Shown here: one piece after another, positions 21,565 through 33,169 of the stretch
How the letters are laid out: every line of letters begins with the position of its first letter
How positions within the stretch are numbered: position 1 is the first letter of the stretch
Source of the DNA: Octopus bimaculoides
Taxonomy: Eukaryota
Direction of reading: 5' to 3'
Assembly: GCF_001194135.2 (NCBI RefSeq)
Contig: NC_069000.1
Span: 8,916,856-8,959,949, forward strand
Length of the DNA stretch: 43,094 nucleotides
Made by a program: the position numbers and the translations under genes
The notes under the pieces: generated by a model
What the model was told of the DNA's origin: nothing
The model's input: only the letters and a program-made list of their open reading frames with translations
Database searches by the model: none

Positions 21565-21740
21565 CTCATCAACAACAACACCATTCAGCATCAATGTTCC
21601 ATACTGACATGGGTTGGATGGTTTGATATGGCCTGATGAAGCCAAGGACTGCCTTGTGCTCCAGTGATTGTTTCGGCATGGTTTCTTTGACTGGATGCCA
21701 TTCCTAATGCCAGCCAGTTTACAACACATACTTGGTGATT
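21565..21740 (-). mobile_element. Family G repeat
   Basis: ccatactgacatgggttggatggtttga...ctggatgccattcctaatgccagcc. Confidence 0.7.
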
Positions 21741-22134
21741 TTCTTTTTCCTTCTCCCTGCCACCAACACTAGAGGTTTACAAGACGGCCTCACTAGTTTG
21801 CTAGGAGATTGTAGTGCAGAACAGGTTTCCTTTCGTAGAGGAACTACATATCTGCTCACATTATAGAAGAGAAGGCGAAACTAATTGAGTGTGTGTGTGT
21901 GTGTGTATGTACTGAGACTGCAGATAAACACACATTACCACCTTTGTACCGAGCTTTGTTTGTAATTTCTTTTCTTTGTATGTTTGTTTATGGCATATAT
22001 TCATTTATGAAATAATGTGGAGATTTAATAACACTGATACGGGACAAAGGTAAGCCTGGTAAATACTTCATAGATTTTCCCAGGGTTCTTTTCTAATATC
22101 TCGACTGCAGAACAATACAGAAATACAATCAACA

Positions 22135-22292
22135 TTAGAGCCTCTATATAGCTGCTCAACCTGCTAGAAATAGCAGCCAAGTCTCATGTTGTATCGTGCA
22201 AAACAAGACACACTCAACTGGATAGTGTCCTAAATGTACAAAGTGATGGGATGGTCCTCCATCTGCATTGACTGACCTTGGTTTAGCAACAA
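22135..22292 (+). mobile_element. Family F repeat
   Basis: gcctctatatagctgctcaacctgctagaaatagcagccaag...gatgggatggtc...gaccttggtttagcaacaac. Confidence 0.75.
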
Positions 22293-22695
22293 CACATAGA
22301 CAGCAAAGGGATCTTAACATCATAATCTCTGTTTGCTAGAAATTGTGAATGAGAAGCAGGAGACATTGGATGATGTAACACAAGATGTACTGTAATCCCA
22401 ATAAAAAAAAAAATAAAAAAACAGAAAGGTGTGGGTTACATGTTTGGTCCTAAGTCTGTTCTGTTCTTTCTCTCTTAATGTCTCCTCTTTCTTTCACTCT
22501 CCCCCACCCCCCGTTTTGCTCTCTTCTCACTCACCCACTCCTTCCTTCTCTTTTTCTCTGTCTAAAGTGTTTGTATTATTGCTTATTCGGGGGAGCAACT
22601 CAGCCCAGCCCAATCTTTATTCAGGGATGGTCACTATAATTAGCAGCTCGGAAACATCTCTCTCTCTCTCTCTCTGTCTGTCTGTCTGTCTGTCT

Positions 22696-23105
22696 NNNNN
22701 NNNNNNNNNNNNNNNNNNNNNNNNNNNNNNNNNNNNNNNNNNNNNNNNNNNNNNNNNNNNNNNNNNNNNNNNNNNNNNNNNNNNNNNNNNNNNNNNNNNN
22801 NNNNNNNNNNNNNNNNNNNNNNNNNNNNNNNNNNNNNNNNNNNNNNNNNNNNNNNNNNNNNNNNNNNNNNNNNNNNNNNNNNNNNNNNNNNNNNNNNNNN
22901 NNNNNNNNNNNNNNNNNNNNNNNNNNNNNNNNNNNNNNNNNNNNNNNNNNNNNNNNNNNNNNNNNNNNNNNNNNNNNNNNNNNNNNNNNNNNNNNNNNNN
23001 NNNNNNNNNNNNNNNNNNNNNNNNNNNNNNNNNNNNNNNNNNNNNNNNNNNNNNNNNNNNNNNNNNNNNNNNNNNNNNNNNNNNNNNNNNNNNNNNNNNN
23101 NNNNN
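22696..23105. other. Assembly gap (410 N)
   Basis: N run. Confidence 1.
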
Positions 23106-23209
23106 TCCCCCACCTCTTGCAGCGGAAAAGGACAACCCACCTTTCCTTTTGACTCTACCTGCTGAGACAAACAAACATGACAAACGAGTAATGCAAGCAG
23201 TTTCTCTTA

Positions 23210-23273
<64 letters not shown>

Positions 23274-23409
23274 TTACACATTTACATTCCTGTGTGTGTA
23301 AATGTCAGATTGTCTTGTGCACATTTGCACACACATTCCGACAGTCAGGTGTTTCTCTGTGTGTAATTGTCAGAAAATAGTCCTTTTGCATACATACACA
23401 TACCTCCCT

Positions 23410-23605
23410 TGATCTGTCTCTGACAAACAATGCTATGTATTTGTGTATATGTATATTTACATGTAACCATATTCATGTGTGTGTTTGTTTGTGTGTATAT
23501 GTGTATATATGTACTCGTGTATATGTGCATATGTATATTTATGTGTATATATGTATTTGTGTATATGTCCTTATGTATATTCATATGTATCTATATTCAT
23601 GTGTG

Positions 23606-23636
<31 letters not shown>

Positions 23637-23640
23637 ATAA
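23410..23640. repeat. TG/TA mosaic microsatellite
   Basis: Direct reading; similar tracts at 20780-21040, 24455-24640 and 32395-32550. Confidence 0.9.
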
Positions 23641-24019
23641 ATAATGTATAGGTCAACTGAACTTTTTGAAGCAAGCTGTTACTATTTTGCTGCTGCAGGT
23701 CAAGTCTGACTCACCCAGAAACTAAACAGTCCTATGACTTACAAATAGTTCAGTTGGCCAGGCAGCTTGGCAAGAGGCAAAATATCTATTTCCAATGTTG
23801 TGCGGAGAACTATCCGCATTATGCACATTGACGTGTTGCACCAAATTGCGCAATGTGCAATGTGGCAGCCTCGATATGTTGTATTAGACCTGTGCTGTCC
23901 AATCCATTTCTGTTGACCCACCTTTAATAAATAAATAAATATATATATATATATAAAGAACACAAATGGGTTATGGTTCACTACATTTGTTTCAGATACA
24001 TTTTTTATTGACAAATGTA

Positions 24020-24024
<5 letters not shown>

Positions 24025-24069
<45 letters not shown>

Positions 24070-24131
24070 NNNNNNNNNNNNNNNNNNNNNNNNNNNNNNN
24101 NNNNNNNNNNNNNNNNNNNNNNNNNNNNNNN

Positions 24132-24167
<36 letters not shown>

Positions 24168-24170
24168 CAT
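24025..24170. repeat. (TA)n - gap (24070-24131) - (TG)n
   Basis: Direct reading. Confidence 0.95.
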
Positions 24171-24836
24171 GCACACACACAGAGGATTCAATACAGTTAT
24201 TGTTTACTAAACTCTATCCAGTAAATAATTGTCAGCTCAGCATTAAAGGACACTTGCACAAGATACCATACAGTGACAGGGGTTGAGCACAGAACCACAT
24301 TGTTGTGAAACAAGCTTACACATGTCCATGTATATAGCTGTGTGTGTGTGTGCTATTGTTTTGTAGTTGCTGTCTGAGAGAGACTATATTCAATGCTGTC
24401 TGCACCGGCCTCAAGCCTCTACCTCCTTTGCCTCTTCTTAGTAGAGCCTGTCGTCTGTATGTATATATGTACCTATACATATATACATGTATATATGCAT
24501 CTATATGACAAATATATATGTGCATGTGTGTGTTTATATGTGTGTGTGTATATATATATATATGTGATTATTATATGCATACATATGTGTATGTCTATAT
24601 ATATATATTGTATTTTTATATAGATGATTAATATATACATATACTTGTCCATAAATGCACACACATATATAGTTATTGGTAATAGGGAAACCTTTTACAC
24701 AAAGATAATAATCCTGTTGTAATTGCTTCATTATGGTTTGTTTATCAACCGTGTTGGACATCTTCCAGGACATGCTTGTTGTCTGTAGCAACAGCCAGGC
24801 TGATCAGCTGTTCAGATTCTCAAACCTTAATGGCTG

Positions 24837-24877
<41 letters not shown>

Positions 24878-26036
24878 TGTATCTTGTTGGTGAAATTTGG
24901 CAGATAGAAACCAGAATTTCATTTAGAGTTAGAATCAAATTTTCAAATGTTTTATATTTTCTGTTTAAGGTTTTGTAAAAAGATACATTTCACTAATCTG
25001 TAATTTCAAACTTAGAAGGAAAAAAATATTATAAACTTATGGAAAAAATATATATATGAAATTCAATTACGATGGTAAAAAAAATAAATATGATTTTTGC
25101 CACTGTAAATCCTAAATCCAGTAAAGTTGATCCATAAACCTCAGTTATTCATAGTGGAGAACTAGAAATATGTTTGTATCTTCTACTGAGTCACTAACCA
25201 AATATCAGCCAATGTATTGTATTAAATAATTGTTTCTTCGTTGGAATTGTATTCAGAAATCTGATGAGGTTGGTCAGTGCCTCTCCTTTCTGACCAATCC
25301 AATAATAAAAATCTGAATGTTTATTTGGATTTTTTTTCATATTGAGGAATCAGGAATATGTTTGTTTGTTTGTTTGTTTCTACTGAGTCACTCACCAAAC
25401 ATCCAGTTTGTTTGCATTGTAATTTACCTTGCCGTGTTTTCATGGGAATACCTGATATTTTCACATGCCCCTGAATGGAGCACTTAAAATGGCCCTATAC
25501 ACGTGAAAAGGGAGAGAGAGAGAGAGACAGAGACAAAAAGCATTTTATAAAATGATAGCTGGAATGTTTATGTAACAATAATGAAACATAACAGTTTAAT
25601 AGAAATGCCATTTCCCTGAATGGGGAATGATTCAATAAAGAAGGCTGATTCTATAAGTTACACATGTCTGTTGATCAATATTGTTTGCCAAAGATATCAC
25701 CTATTATTTTACACACACACACACACACACTCAGATACTGTTTAAGACTGAGAAATGTAGAGAGCCATAGATCATATTATTCATAACCATACTATGTACA
25801 ACATATACCAATTCCCATAGGTGCTTTGTAGTTTCTTTATAGTTTGTCCTGTCCATCTTATGTCGTACAAATTTCCCTTTTACTATTTTCACAGCTGTAT
25901 TCTTTTGAGTACAATCAGTTGTAACTAATGATACAAACAAATTGTAAGTTATGGATCATAAAAATACTGAAGAAATATATTTCTTACCAACTTGTCTGAC
26001 ATCACCTCTGAATCTATTTATATGAAACGTCTCCTT

Positions 26037-26082
26037 TTAACCCTTTCGACACCAACCTGACTGAAACTACCTCTGGCTCTGG
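26037..26082 (+). mobile_element. piggyBac-type MITE family E, left end
   Basis: TTAA|CCCTTTCgacaccaacctgactgaaactacctctggctctg; the reverse complement resembles 15015-15059. Confidence 0.65.
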
Positions 26083-26135
26083 GGCATTTCATTGACTATT
26101 ATCCTGCATGTAATTACATGCAAATCTATGATGGT

Positions 26136-26323
26136 GATTTAGCTGAATCGTTACCAAATTGGACAAAGTGCTTAGTGGCATTTCTACTGGTTTTATGTTC
26201 TGAGTTGAAATGCCACCGAGGTCGACTTAGCCTTCTTGTGGTGGTGATGGTGATAGGGGGGGGGGTCAATAAAAAGAGTACCAGTTAATTTCAGGCCTTG
26301 TGTCTAAAGTAGAGAGAATAATT
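26136..26323 (+). mobile_element. SINE-A, decayed, with GGT/G-run insert
   Basis: gttctgagttgaaatgccaccgaggtcgacttagcc...agtaccagtt..tcaggccttgtgtc. Confidence 0.75.
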
Positions 26324-26374
26324 ACATACAAAACTTATTAAAGAGTGTGTAATTAATTGCTAAAAATGAAACTG

Positions 26375-26609
26375 GTGCTGCCTTGACATACCCGTGCTGG
26401 TGCTACATAAATGCACCTGTGCCAGTGGCACATAAAATGCCCCCAGCATACTCTGTTAAGTGGTTGGCATTGAGAAGGGCATCCAGCCATAGAAACCATT
26501 CCACAACAGACAGTTGGAGTCTGGACAGCTCCCTGCTAGCTGGCTCCATTTCAAACCGTCCCACTCATACCAGCAAGGAAAGAGGATGCTAAATAATGGT
26601 GATGATGAA
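26375..26609 (+). mobile_element. Family G repeat (RTE-5'UTR-like motif, (GAT)n tail)
   Basis: ggttggcattgagaagggcatccagccatagaaacc...aaaccgtcccactcataccagcaaggaaagaggatgctaaataatggtgatgatga. Confidence 0.7.
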
Positions 26610-26744
26610 GCCTGTCTTTGTTTTAGCTATTCTTAGTTTGTTTTACTTGTTTACATTCATTTTGTTACTTCTTAGTAACCAGTCATACGCTACGTGTTAT
26701 TGCAAACTGAGTTTATTTAAAGCTGCCAGTGTGCTTTTGGTAGG

Positions 26745-26889
26745 ATAACATTTAGATTATATTCCAAGCACCAGCTTAATATAATGAGTCATTTTACTAA
26801 ATCCTTCCAAATTATTGATTATTTTAAAAATTGTATTAAACGGATGGGCTATGTATTTAATTAGAAATATGGATCAGTGAAAGGGTTAA
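26745..26889 (+). mobile_element. piggyBac-type MITE family E, right part
   Basis: Ends GAAAGGG|TTAA (26886-26889); contains ccaagcaccagcttaat shared with the 14.9-kb copy. Confidence 0.6.
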
Positions 26890-26899
26890 GTATCTCAAG

Positions 26900-27092
26900 A
26901 TCTGCTAAGGAGCAGCTTGATCTCTCTTGGGTTACTGTTGTTCATAGAGGATGTGGATATGTTGGATAATGTGATACTAGGTTTACTGCGCGTAAGGTAA
27001 AACTGGAATGGTCACAGCTGGACTGCCTTTGATCATAATTCTGTTGAACCAGATCTGACCTGGGACTAAAAAGAGACAACAAGTAGTAGTTG
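26900..27092 (+). mobile_element. Family F repeat, decayed
   Basis: ttggataatgtg...actggaatggtcacagctggactgcctttgatcata...gacctgggactaaa. Confidence 0.65.
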
Positions 27093-27149
27093 TGCTATGA
27101 TACGAATAAATCAATAAATAAATTAATAAACAGGCAAAACATTTATTTT

Positions 27150-27636
27150 TCAGAACATCTGTGATTTCGATCAGTGATTAAAGATAGGAAGAGTCCATGA
27201 TTCGTGGGTTATGTTAAGACAGGAGACTTGGTCCAACACTCGCAACAGAGTGTGCTCTACTGAACTTGACAGATTGGACTATAATAATGTGTGGACATAT
27301 TGGAATGCATGGGATCAAATTGATTGAGTAGATATCAAGGAAGATGGGAAAAACTGAGAAATGTTAGCGCCTGCCGGAGAGAGATCAAAAGATTGTAGCA
27401 CACTAGGGTGAAGATTGTACCTGTGGTTATTGGTGCACTCAGTACAAAAACCCAAAATTGATACCTGAGAAGCTAGAGGATATTATTGTTGAGACTTGTA
27501 TTGTTGGCTACCAATATTGTGTCATTCTGTTTTCTACAAAAATCTTAAGAAAGCACCAGCCCTCAAAATAATATTCCTACTAACTAACTTAGCATGTTAT
27601 AGCTTTTGTATAGTAATACTAATACTAATAATAATT
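27150..27636 (+). mobile_element. Decayed non-LTR retrotransposon 3' end, restriction-like endonuclease (R4/Dong-like)
   Basis: Hand translation: 27381-27446 EIKRL*HTRVKIVPVVIGALST, preceded by a frameshifted EKL(E)K(Y).. motif; 27521-27553 VILFSTKILRK; ends in a TAA-rich tail at 27613-27636. Confidence 0.75.
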
Positions 27637-27849
27637 CTAATTTTGGCACTGAAGGACTCGCTTTAATATTCTAAGTCTTATGCTTTACCATTTTTCTCAG
27701 TGCAAATCACCCAGCCACCCACCCAGCCACACACTTCTCCTTCTTTCTCTCATTTTATTTCTGAAATTTATTTTTGAGTTCTAGGGCGACAGCCAAGCAG
27801 CACTGAGGTGGTGGTGGTGGTCACATGTGGGATGTCTCTTTATTATTAC

Positions 27850-28070
27850 TCAACTTTCTAGAAATAGCCAACATGCCAAAGCTTCCTCAAACCATGCTTT
27901 GCCATTTTTTGTTTCTTTTTAAAAGAAACAGACACATTGGATAATGTAATCCAGGGTATACTCTTCCTGAAAACAAAAAGAGCAACAAAACAATTGACTG
28001 GATAGTGATAGTCGTGGCTTGGTTGTTTCTAATCTTAGGTCCGTTCGGGTGAGGTTAACTCAGGACTAAT
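27850..28070 (+). mobile_element. Family F repeat, decayed
   Basis: ctagaaatagcc...gacacattggataatgtaatcc...actggatagtg..gtcgtggc. Confidence 0.6.
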
Positions 28071-28870
28071 CATAATGTCAATAATAATAATAATAATAAT
28101 AATAATAATCTCAATTATCAGCCATATCTAATAGCAACAATAAAAGCTTTTTCATAACTCTTCTCTTTTCCCTCTCTATCTTCTCTCTCTCTCTCTCTCC
28201 TCTCTCTTTTCCCCTCTCTCTTTGTTCTGTATCCTCCAGATTGGGGGGTTCCTGGTGGAAGTGGCGACGGTGGTGGCTGTGATGTTGATTTGTTGTTGGT
28301 GACAGAAGCTTTCTGACACTGAGGTGTGGTCTTGATGGAGATCTGTTGTCAATAAACTATGTCACGTAATTTACTGCGGGGAGTGAGTGGGACGGGTAGG
28401 TCTTGGGAATGTGCGTGCATGGTGCGTTAGTTCTTCAGTGTTAAAAGCAGACATTCCAAAAGAAATAGAAACCTCTTCCAACTCAGTAGACAGATTGAAG
28501 GAATAGAATAAATAAGGTCAGTCTCCCTTTCCCCTTCCCCCTTCTCTCTCATATGACACTAGTGTTTGATAAATTTCTCTGAAACAAGTCGGACTTAGAT
28601 AAGAATGAAGATTTACACATATACATTCATACATACATACATACATAGATACATAGGTAAAAGCCAAATAAAGATACTCAGTGGATGTATTTGTCTGGTG
28701 CTCAATGAAAGTCTTAGATGAGGAAATAAAAGTAAAGAAAACATGATGTTTCGAGCGTGGCTCTTCATCGGATATTGCAAGGAAGTCCAGAGAAGGGGCA
28801 GAAGTAATGGATGGTCAAGAGAAAAGCACATGGTTTGCCACATGGTCAAAATATAATATACCTTTTATCT

Positions 28871-28910
28871 TTTGTTTGTTTCAGTCATTAGACTGTGGCC
28901 ATACAGGCAT
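28871..28910 (-). mobile_element. SINE-B extreme 3' fragment
   Basis: tttgtttcagtcattagactgtggccat. Confidence 0.6.
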
Positions 28911-29033
28911 AAAAAAACATGGCCTTAGAAACACTGTCCACCTCATGGCAGCATGGAAAACCAGGGATTCAAATGAGGATGATGATCTAGTAATGTTTCA
29001 ATGTGTATTTATAAATATATATATCTGTGTGTA

Positions 29034-29067
<34 letters not shown>

Positions 29068-29476
29068 GGGGCAGATGTAGCAGTATGGTAAGAATCTTGC
29101 TGACCAACCACATGGTTCTGGGTTCAGTCCCACTGCATGACACCTTGGGCAAATGTATTCTACTTTAGCCTCGGGCCAACCAAAGACTTGTGAGTGGAAT
29201 TGGTAGACAGAAACTAAAAGAAGCCCATCATATATGTGTGTGTGTGTGTGTGTACATATACACATACCTATCTGTGTCTTTGCATATGGGTTTGTCACCA
29301 CCACCACCACCACCACCACTTGACAACCTGTGTTGGTGTGTTTGCATCTCTCTAAGCAGTTCACCAAAAGAGCCCAGGATTTTAAAAAAAAATACTGGGG
29401 TCGATTCATTTGGCTGAAATTCTCAAGGTGATGCCTCAGCATGGCCACAGTCTAACGACTGAAACAAGTAGAAGAT
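29068..29476 (+). mobile_element. SINE-B, full length (reference copy)
   Basis: A-box-like tagcagtatggtaag, B-box GGTTCAGTCCC 29121-29131, CCTTGGGCAA 29143-29152, central (TG)n/(CCA)n, tail gcatggccacagtctaacgactgaaacaagta; preceded by (TA)n. Confidence 0.92.
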
Positions 29477-29741
29477 AAATATCTCTGTTGCATACCATAT
29501 GAAATCTTATGAGAACTGTCATGGAAATAAGCATGAATGAAGACAACAACATCACCACCGTCATCACCACCCACACTGATGGTACATGAGCTTGTCATGG
29601 TTTGATTAGCATCATGTAAGTTTTTTTTTATGCATTTGGCAAGTGAAGAAAATGTCAGTCCATTGTTAGTGAAACACATGAATGGTTTCTTTTACTCCAT
29701 GATAATGCTCTGATGAATTATTCATTCAGTGCTTTAGATGC

Positions 29742-29972
29742 TGTTGTTTAACTCCAGGTCAGGCTGGCTAGAGCAGACCTGTGACCAAAGCCTCTCCAAC
29801 CATGACATAGCCATCCAAATCTTGTTTCCTGATATAGTACATCTAGGACAACATAACTGAGTTGTTTTATTTTGCTTTTTCTCATTTTTTTTTTTTTTTT
29901 TACCAAATTGACCGTGAGACTTGAGGGAAAGTTTGGCTGCTATTTCTAGTAAGCCAGGCAACAGCTACATAC
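29742..29972 (-). mobile_element. Family F repeat
   Basis: gttgtttaactccaggtcagg...gagcagacctgtgaccaaag...gagggaaagtttggctgctatttctag. Confidence 0.75.
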
Positions 29973-30213
29973 AGGATCTCTTGCTGGTTTGTTAGTTTTA
30001 CACTTGAGTGGATTTTAACTCTTGCAGTGTAAGTTGTACTGATGGATTAATTATTCAGGGAATTAATCTTGTACACAAATGCAAACTCTTACATGTGTGT
30101 TTTTTTAATTATTTTTACAGTTAGGTAGACTGAGCCAACAAAATTAGTTAAACGGCTTTTGCAGTTTCTCTCTCTCTCTCTCTCCACCATTAGTCACAGC
30201 CATGAAACATCTA

Positions 30214-30360
30214 AACCAAGGTTAACTTTGCCTTTCATACTTCTGGTGTATAAAATCAGTAGAGCACCAAAATGAGGGCTTTATGGCATTTGTATCATCA
30301 GTTCTTTGCATTCTGGGTTCAAATTCTGCTTTTGTATACTTTGGTGATCGACTTACTCTG
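30214..30360 (+). mobile_element. Decayed and rearranged SINE-A fragments
   Basis: ccaaggttaactttgcctttcat and ttctgggttcaaattctgc. Confidence 0.55.
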
Positions 30361-30473
30361 TCACCCTTTTTAAACACCCACCAACCTACCCCTTGGGTAC
30401 CTCCTTAGAAGAGGAGCCTGCTCCATTAATATTCAGGTTTGGTTTCTGGTTAGAGGATACTTCTCACTCTCGT

Positions 30474-30790
30474 GAAGGCACGTGGCTTAGTGGTTAGGGC
30501 ATTCAGCTCACAGTTGGAAGGTCATGAGTTCGATTCCTGGTGGCACATTCTATCCTTGAGCAAGATGCTTTATTTCATGTTGCTCCAATCCACTCAGCTG
30601 GCAAAAATGAGTTGTACCTGTAATTCAAAGGGCCAGCCTTGTCACATCCTGTGTCACGCTGAATCTCCCTGAGAACCATATTAAGGGTATGTGTGTCTGT
30701 GGGGTGCTCAACCCCTTGTTTGTTAATTTCGCGAGCAGTCTGTTCCACTGATCGGATCAAGTGGGACCCTCGTCATCATAACCAATGGAG
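30474..30790 (+). mobile_element. tRNA-derived SINE, family H
   Basis: A box TGGCTTAGTGG 30483-30493, B box GAGTTCGATTCC 30526-30537, followed by a ccttgagcaag CORE-like domain; no acceptor stem. Confidence 0.8.
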
Positions 30791-31084
30791 TACCAGTTTT
30801 CTGACAAGGAGTGATGGAGACACAATTTCAGTTATATTGGTGTATACCTCCTTCTTGGTTCAATCCAATTTGGTTTCAATCTTTGAGACCAGTCTTGCCC
30901 ACAGATGATGATGTTTGGTCCCAAGCCACCTATGACCCAACTGACCTATAATCAAAGACAGCCCACCCATGAGCATGTCATTTAATTTTTTTTTTCTTCA
31001 GAAGCAGTGTATTCTTGGCCTATATTATTTCATGTATCCATTTTTCATGGGGGTCAGGGTTGAAGGAAATTTGATGTTTCCTGC

Positions 31085-31310
31085 AAGTTGTTGGTTTACT
31101 CCCAATCACCTTTGATCCAACAGACCTATGATAAAAAAAACATTCCAGCCTAAATAGCTCATCTATATTTTATTTAGCCACAGTATGCTCTGGGTCTGCA
31201 TTACCCCCAGTGTTCTTCCTTTTATAAAAAAAACCATTAGGGTGTGGTTTAGAAGGAATTTGGTTGTTACTTTTAGCAAGTCACCTCATCACATAGATGC
31301 TCTCTCCAGA
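31085..31310 (-). mobile_element. Family F repeat, decayed
   Basis: cagacctatgat..cattccagcc...gggtgtggtttagaaggaatttggttgttacttttagc. Confidence 0.65.
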
Positions 31311-32199
31311 TGCTTCCTGTTATTGTACAATCTCAAAGCTAACCCAATAGCAATACTTTAACTCTCTTCTATCTCATTCAAATTATCTCCCTCCCTTTCC
31401 AATTAACCCCCCCCCACACACACACACATCTCTGCCATCTTTTCTCTGATAACTGTGTGACGTCCATTGCGTCAAATGCAGCCATCACTCGTTGAAATAA
31501 TCCCAATATATACAAAACACAAGCTGTGATGAAACAAGCACTGCCTTTTGGGTGATATGCTTATGGGCCTTTAGGGTTAATATTGTTCTTTGACACTTGC
31601 TCAACACTGCAACTGATCCTTGAAAAAGAATCCTTTCCACAACATGCATGTATATGTGTGTGTGTGTGTGTGTGCATATGTACATACATATATGTGTTAT
31701 TTTGTAATTTTGCTTTTGCCCTCATGGCTGTAATTTAATGTGTCATAAGCAGATTTTTTTGAAAATTTTGGGTGGGGTCATTTGTATTTTTTCATATTAT
31801 CTTTTTGGTGATAACATCTTTAAACAGAATTGGTTAAATATGCATTCATTTCTCCGCTGAGATTTTTCTATCTTAAAGCAATTAAATCCTATTTCATTTC
31901 TAAAAAACTGGAGCTGACACATCTGCAACAAATTAAACATACATGTGAATTACAGATGAGTATGTGTGTGCGTTTGTGTTTGTATATGTGTGTGCGTTTG
32001 TGTTTGTTGCTGATGATTCACCTTATTGGTTGCTACGCAGTTTCTCGTTACACCTGATCCTTCAGGTAAGAAAAGATCGGATCCTACATTGCAAAAGAAC
32101 TTCTGAGTATTGGTGGAGTGAGTCATTAGCTTTCAACAAATAAAAAAAAACTTTGCAAATATGTATTTTGGGTCCCCACCGACCCTTTTCTTTGTCCAA

Positions 32200-32248
<49 letters not shown>

Positions 32249-33005
32249 TTCCAAAATAAGGGAGGAAAGTATTCAACAAAATATAAATGGAATTTTATTA
32301 AACATTTAAAGCTGAGGCTTAATCTGTCACTACTCCGAGTTTCACATTTCAGTTTATATTATATAGCTGCTGTGAACAACATAAATGGAGAATTTCTGTG
32401 TGTGTATATATATATGTGTGTGTGTGTGTGTATATATATATGTATGTATGTATATATGTATGTATGTATATATGTATGTATGTATGTATATATGTATGTA
32501 TGTATACATGTATGTATACATGTATGTATGTATGTATACACACACATACAATTCAGTCTCCTCTTCTTAAAATTTCTTCATATTTCTGATGATCTAGGAT
32601 ATTTTATAGCAAAACATTAATAAATTTCAAAAAAAGACGAGAAATTTTAAGGGGCTTCATTTTAAACCAATCTTCACTAGCCCTAGGGAGATCAATGATA
32701 TTCAACAGTTTATCTCAGTTATTTCAGATATTTAGATATAAATTAATTAAAAAAAATACCCCAAAAAATTATTTCACTATATATTTTCACTTTTTTTTTT
32801 ACACTGCTTATTTGATGTGTCTTCCATGTTGGCCTTGGAGAGAGAGAGAATTTAAAGTGTGTGTGTATGTGTATACACATGTGTGTGTGTGTGTATATAG
32901 TTAAATTGATATACAGTTAGATATATAGGCATACTTGCTGATGTATGTATATTAGGCTGAGTTGTGTATTTTTATGAATTTTTACATTTTACCCCTTACT
33001 TGTTT

Positions 33006-33048
<43 letters not shown>

Positions 33049-33085
33049 GCACTTGATATTATAGATGGGAAATTGACACCTCCTG

Positions 33086-33156
33086 CTGAGGTCGATTTGT
33101 TCGACTAAAGGCGGTGCTCCAGCATGGCCACAGTCAAATGACTGAAAGGAGCAAAA
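33086..33156 (+). mobile_element. SINE-B tail fragment
   Basis: ggtcgatttgttcgactaaaggcggtgctccagcatggccacagtcaaatgactgaaa. Confidence 0.9.
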
Positions 33157-33169
33157 TGAATAAATCACA

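Noticed and set aside
22340-22405. Apparent terminal exon IVNEKQETLDDVTQDVL* followed by AATAAA
   Set aside because: gctagaaat and gacattggatgatgtaa match family F internal sequence, so this is a decayed repeat.
30474-30545. tRNA gene
   Set aside because: A and B boxes are present but there is no cloverleaf or acceptor stem, and the sequence continues into a SINE body.
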